From contig NW_027139559.1 in assembly GCF_035084215.1 (NCBI RefSeq), positions 3,038,001 through 3,102,000 of the forward strand: a stretch of 64,000 nucleotides of DNA, in the 5' to 3' direction. The stretch comes from Heptranchias perlo. Its lineage: Eukaryota. Below are positions 62,500-64,000 of the stretch, piece after piece. Within the stretch, counting starts at the first letter, position 1. Every line of letters begins with the position of its first letter. Below the pieces are notes generated by a model. The model was not told the DNA's origin, did no database searches, and saw nothing but the letters and a program-made list of their open reading frames with translations. The position numbers and the translations under genes were made by a program.

Positions 62500-64000
62500 A
62501 ACTAGGTGTCCCCTTAATGTTCTATACAAGTCTAGTCCATGCAACCTGTCCTCATGGATTGTCCATTTTAGCCCCGGTATCATTCTGGTGAATCTGCGCT
62601 GCACCCCCTCCAAGGCCAATATATCCATCCTGAATTGCGGTGTTCTGAACTGAACACGATACTCCAGGTGCTGTATAACCAGAGCTTTATATTACTGTAG
62701 CATAACTTATATCCCTTTGTATTCCAGCCCCCTTTGAGATAAAAGCTAACATTCCAAAGGCCTTTTTAATTATGTTGTGTACCAGTCCACTAGCTTGGAG
62801 TGATTTCTGTACTTGGATCCCTAAATCTCCCTGCTCCTCCTCGGTTCCTAGCTTCTTACCATTTAGAAATTACTCTGATCTATCTTCCTTTAGTCCAAAG
62901 TGGATGACCTCTCACTTCCCCACGTTAAACTCCAACGGCCTCAGTTTTGCCCATGAAGGTCACTATGCAACGTTCTGATCCCATATCCACTATTTACTGT
63001 GCCACCTAACGGTGTTGTCAGCAAGCTTGGATATACGCCTCTCTATTCCTTCATCTAAGTCATTTATAATTGAAGTGAAAAGCTGAGAATCTAGAGCAGA
63101 TCTCCAGGGGACACGACGTGTAATATCCTGTGATGTGTCTCCTGCCTCCTAACCAGTACCCAACCTATGTCAATAGGTCTCTCCAATTGCACGTGCTCTC
63201 GTTTCCTTTTAAAAGAGATTGAGGGATGATAACGCTGGAGGATAAGGAAACGAAAAAAAAATAATATTTTGCTGCAGTCTTCGCGATGAAAATGGATCAT
63301 TTGATAAGTAAAGTTACATGGAACACAACAGGTTAGAAAGGATGGTATTAAAAAAATTGGTTTTAAATGTCAAAAAACATAACAAAGGACAAACTACTGG
63401 AATTGAAACCAGTCAAAATTTCCAGACAAGTCGGGTTTCATCTGCAAGGGTTTAAAAAATAGATAAGTCAACTGGCTGTACATTAGTTACAACCTGCAAA
63501 GGCTCGCTGGATTCAGATATCATAACAGGGAACAGAGAGACAGTAAACTTTGCACAATGAGTAAAAGGGGTAAATGAAAGTAACGAACGGCCAGTTAGTT
63601 TAACTGCAGCAGTACAAAGTTTCATATCATAGTATTATAATAGGTACAGCATAGCAGCAGGCCATTTGGCCCATCGTGACTGAAAGATCTCGCCAATTCG
63701 TCCCATGCCCCAGCTCTTTCCACATAGCACTGCAGTTTTTCCCTTCAAGTAATTAACTAATTCCCTTCATAAAGTTACCATTGAATCTGCTTCCATCACC
63801 CTTTCAGGCAGTGCATTCCAGATCATAACAACTCGCTGCGTAAAAATATGTTCCCTCATTTTGCCTATGGCATTTTTGCCAATCACCTGAAATCTCTGTC
63901 CTCTGGTTGCCGACCCTCCTCCCACTGAAAACAGTTTCTCCTTATTTACTCTATCAAAACCGTTCATGATTTTGGACACCTCTATCAAATCTCCACTTAA
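62500..64000 (-). mobile_element. Antisense CR1 fragments
   Basis: DILALEGVQRRFTRMIPG; IFTQRVVMIWNALPE. Confidence 0.75.

Overview
Cartilaginous-fish (shark-type) genomic DNA, dense in CR1/L2 LINEs, SINEs, Penelope-like elements and minisatellites. It contains one nearly complete IgNAR (heavy-chain-only antibody) cluster on the + strand: promoter (octamer + TATA), leader 31962-32004, V 32145-32429, one D 32821-32840, J 33221-33277, C1-C5 (43366-52005) with secretory tail, and TM1 56771-56928. TM2 was not found in the window. All exons are open and splice in phase 1. The cluster is atypical in four ways. (1) It has only one free D instead of the usual three, and the V 3' end is extended as if germline-joined to D sequence. 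(2) The V has no extra cysteines, but D and J each supply a Cys in the same frame, predicting a germline-encoded intra-CDR3 disulfide. (3) V carries a CDR1 insertion and an FR3 deletion. (4) The secretory tailpiece has lost both its N-glycan sequon and its penultimate Cys; the old Cys-Thr-stop codons remain just behind a new stop. Also present: a C2H2 zinc-finger pseudogene, a palindromic Penelope insertion carrying two minimal hammerhead ribozymes, and several weak, decayed Ig-superfamily-like exon remnants upstream. Comparisons to canonical IgNAR are from recalled sequences, not from a database search.
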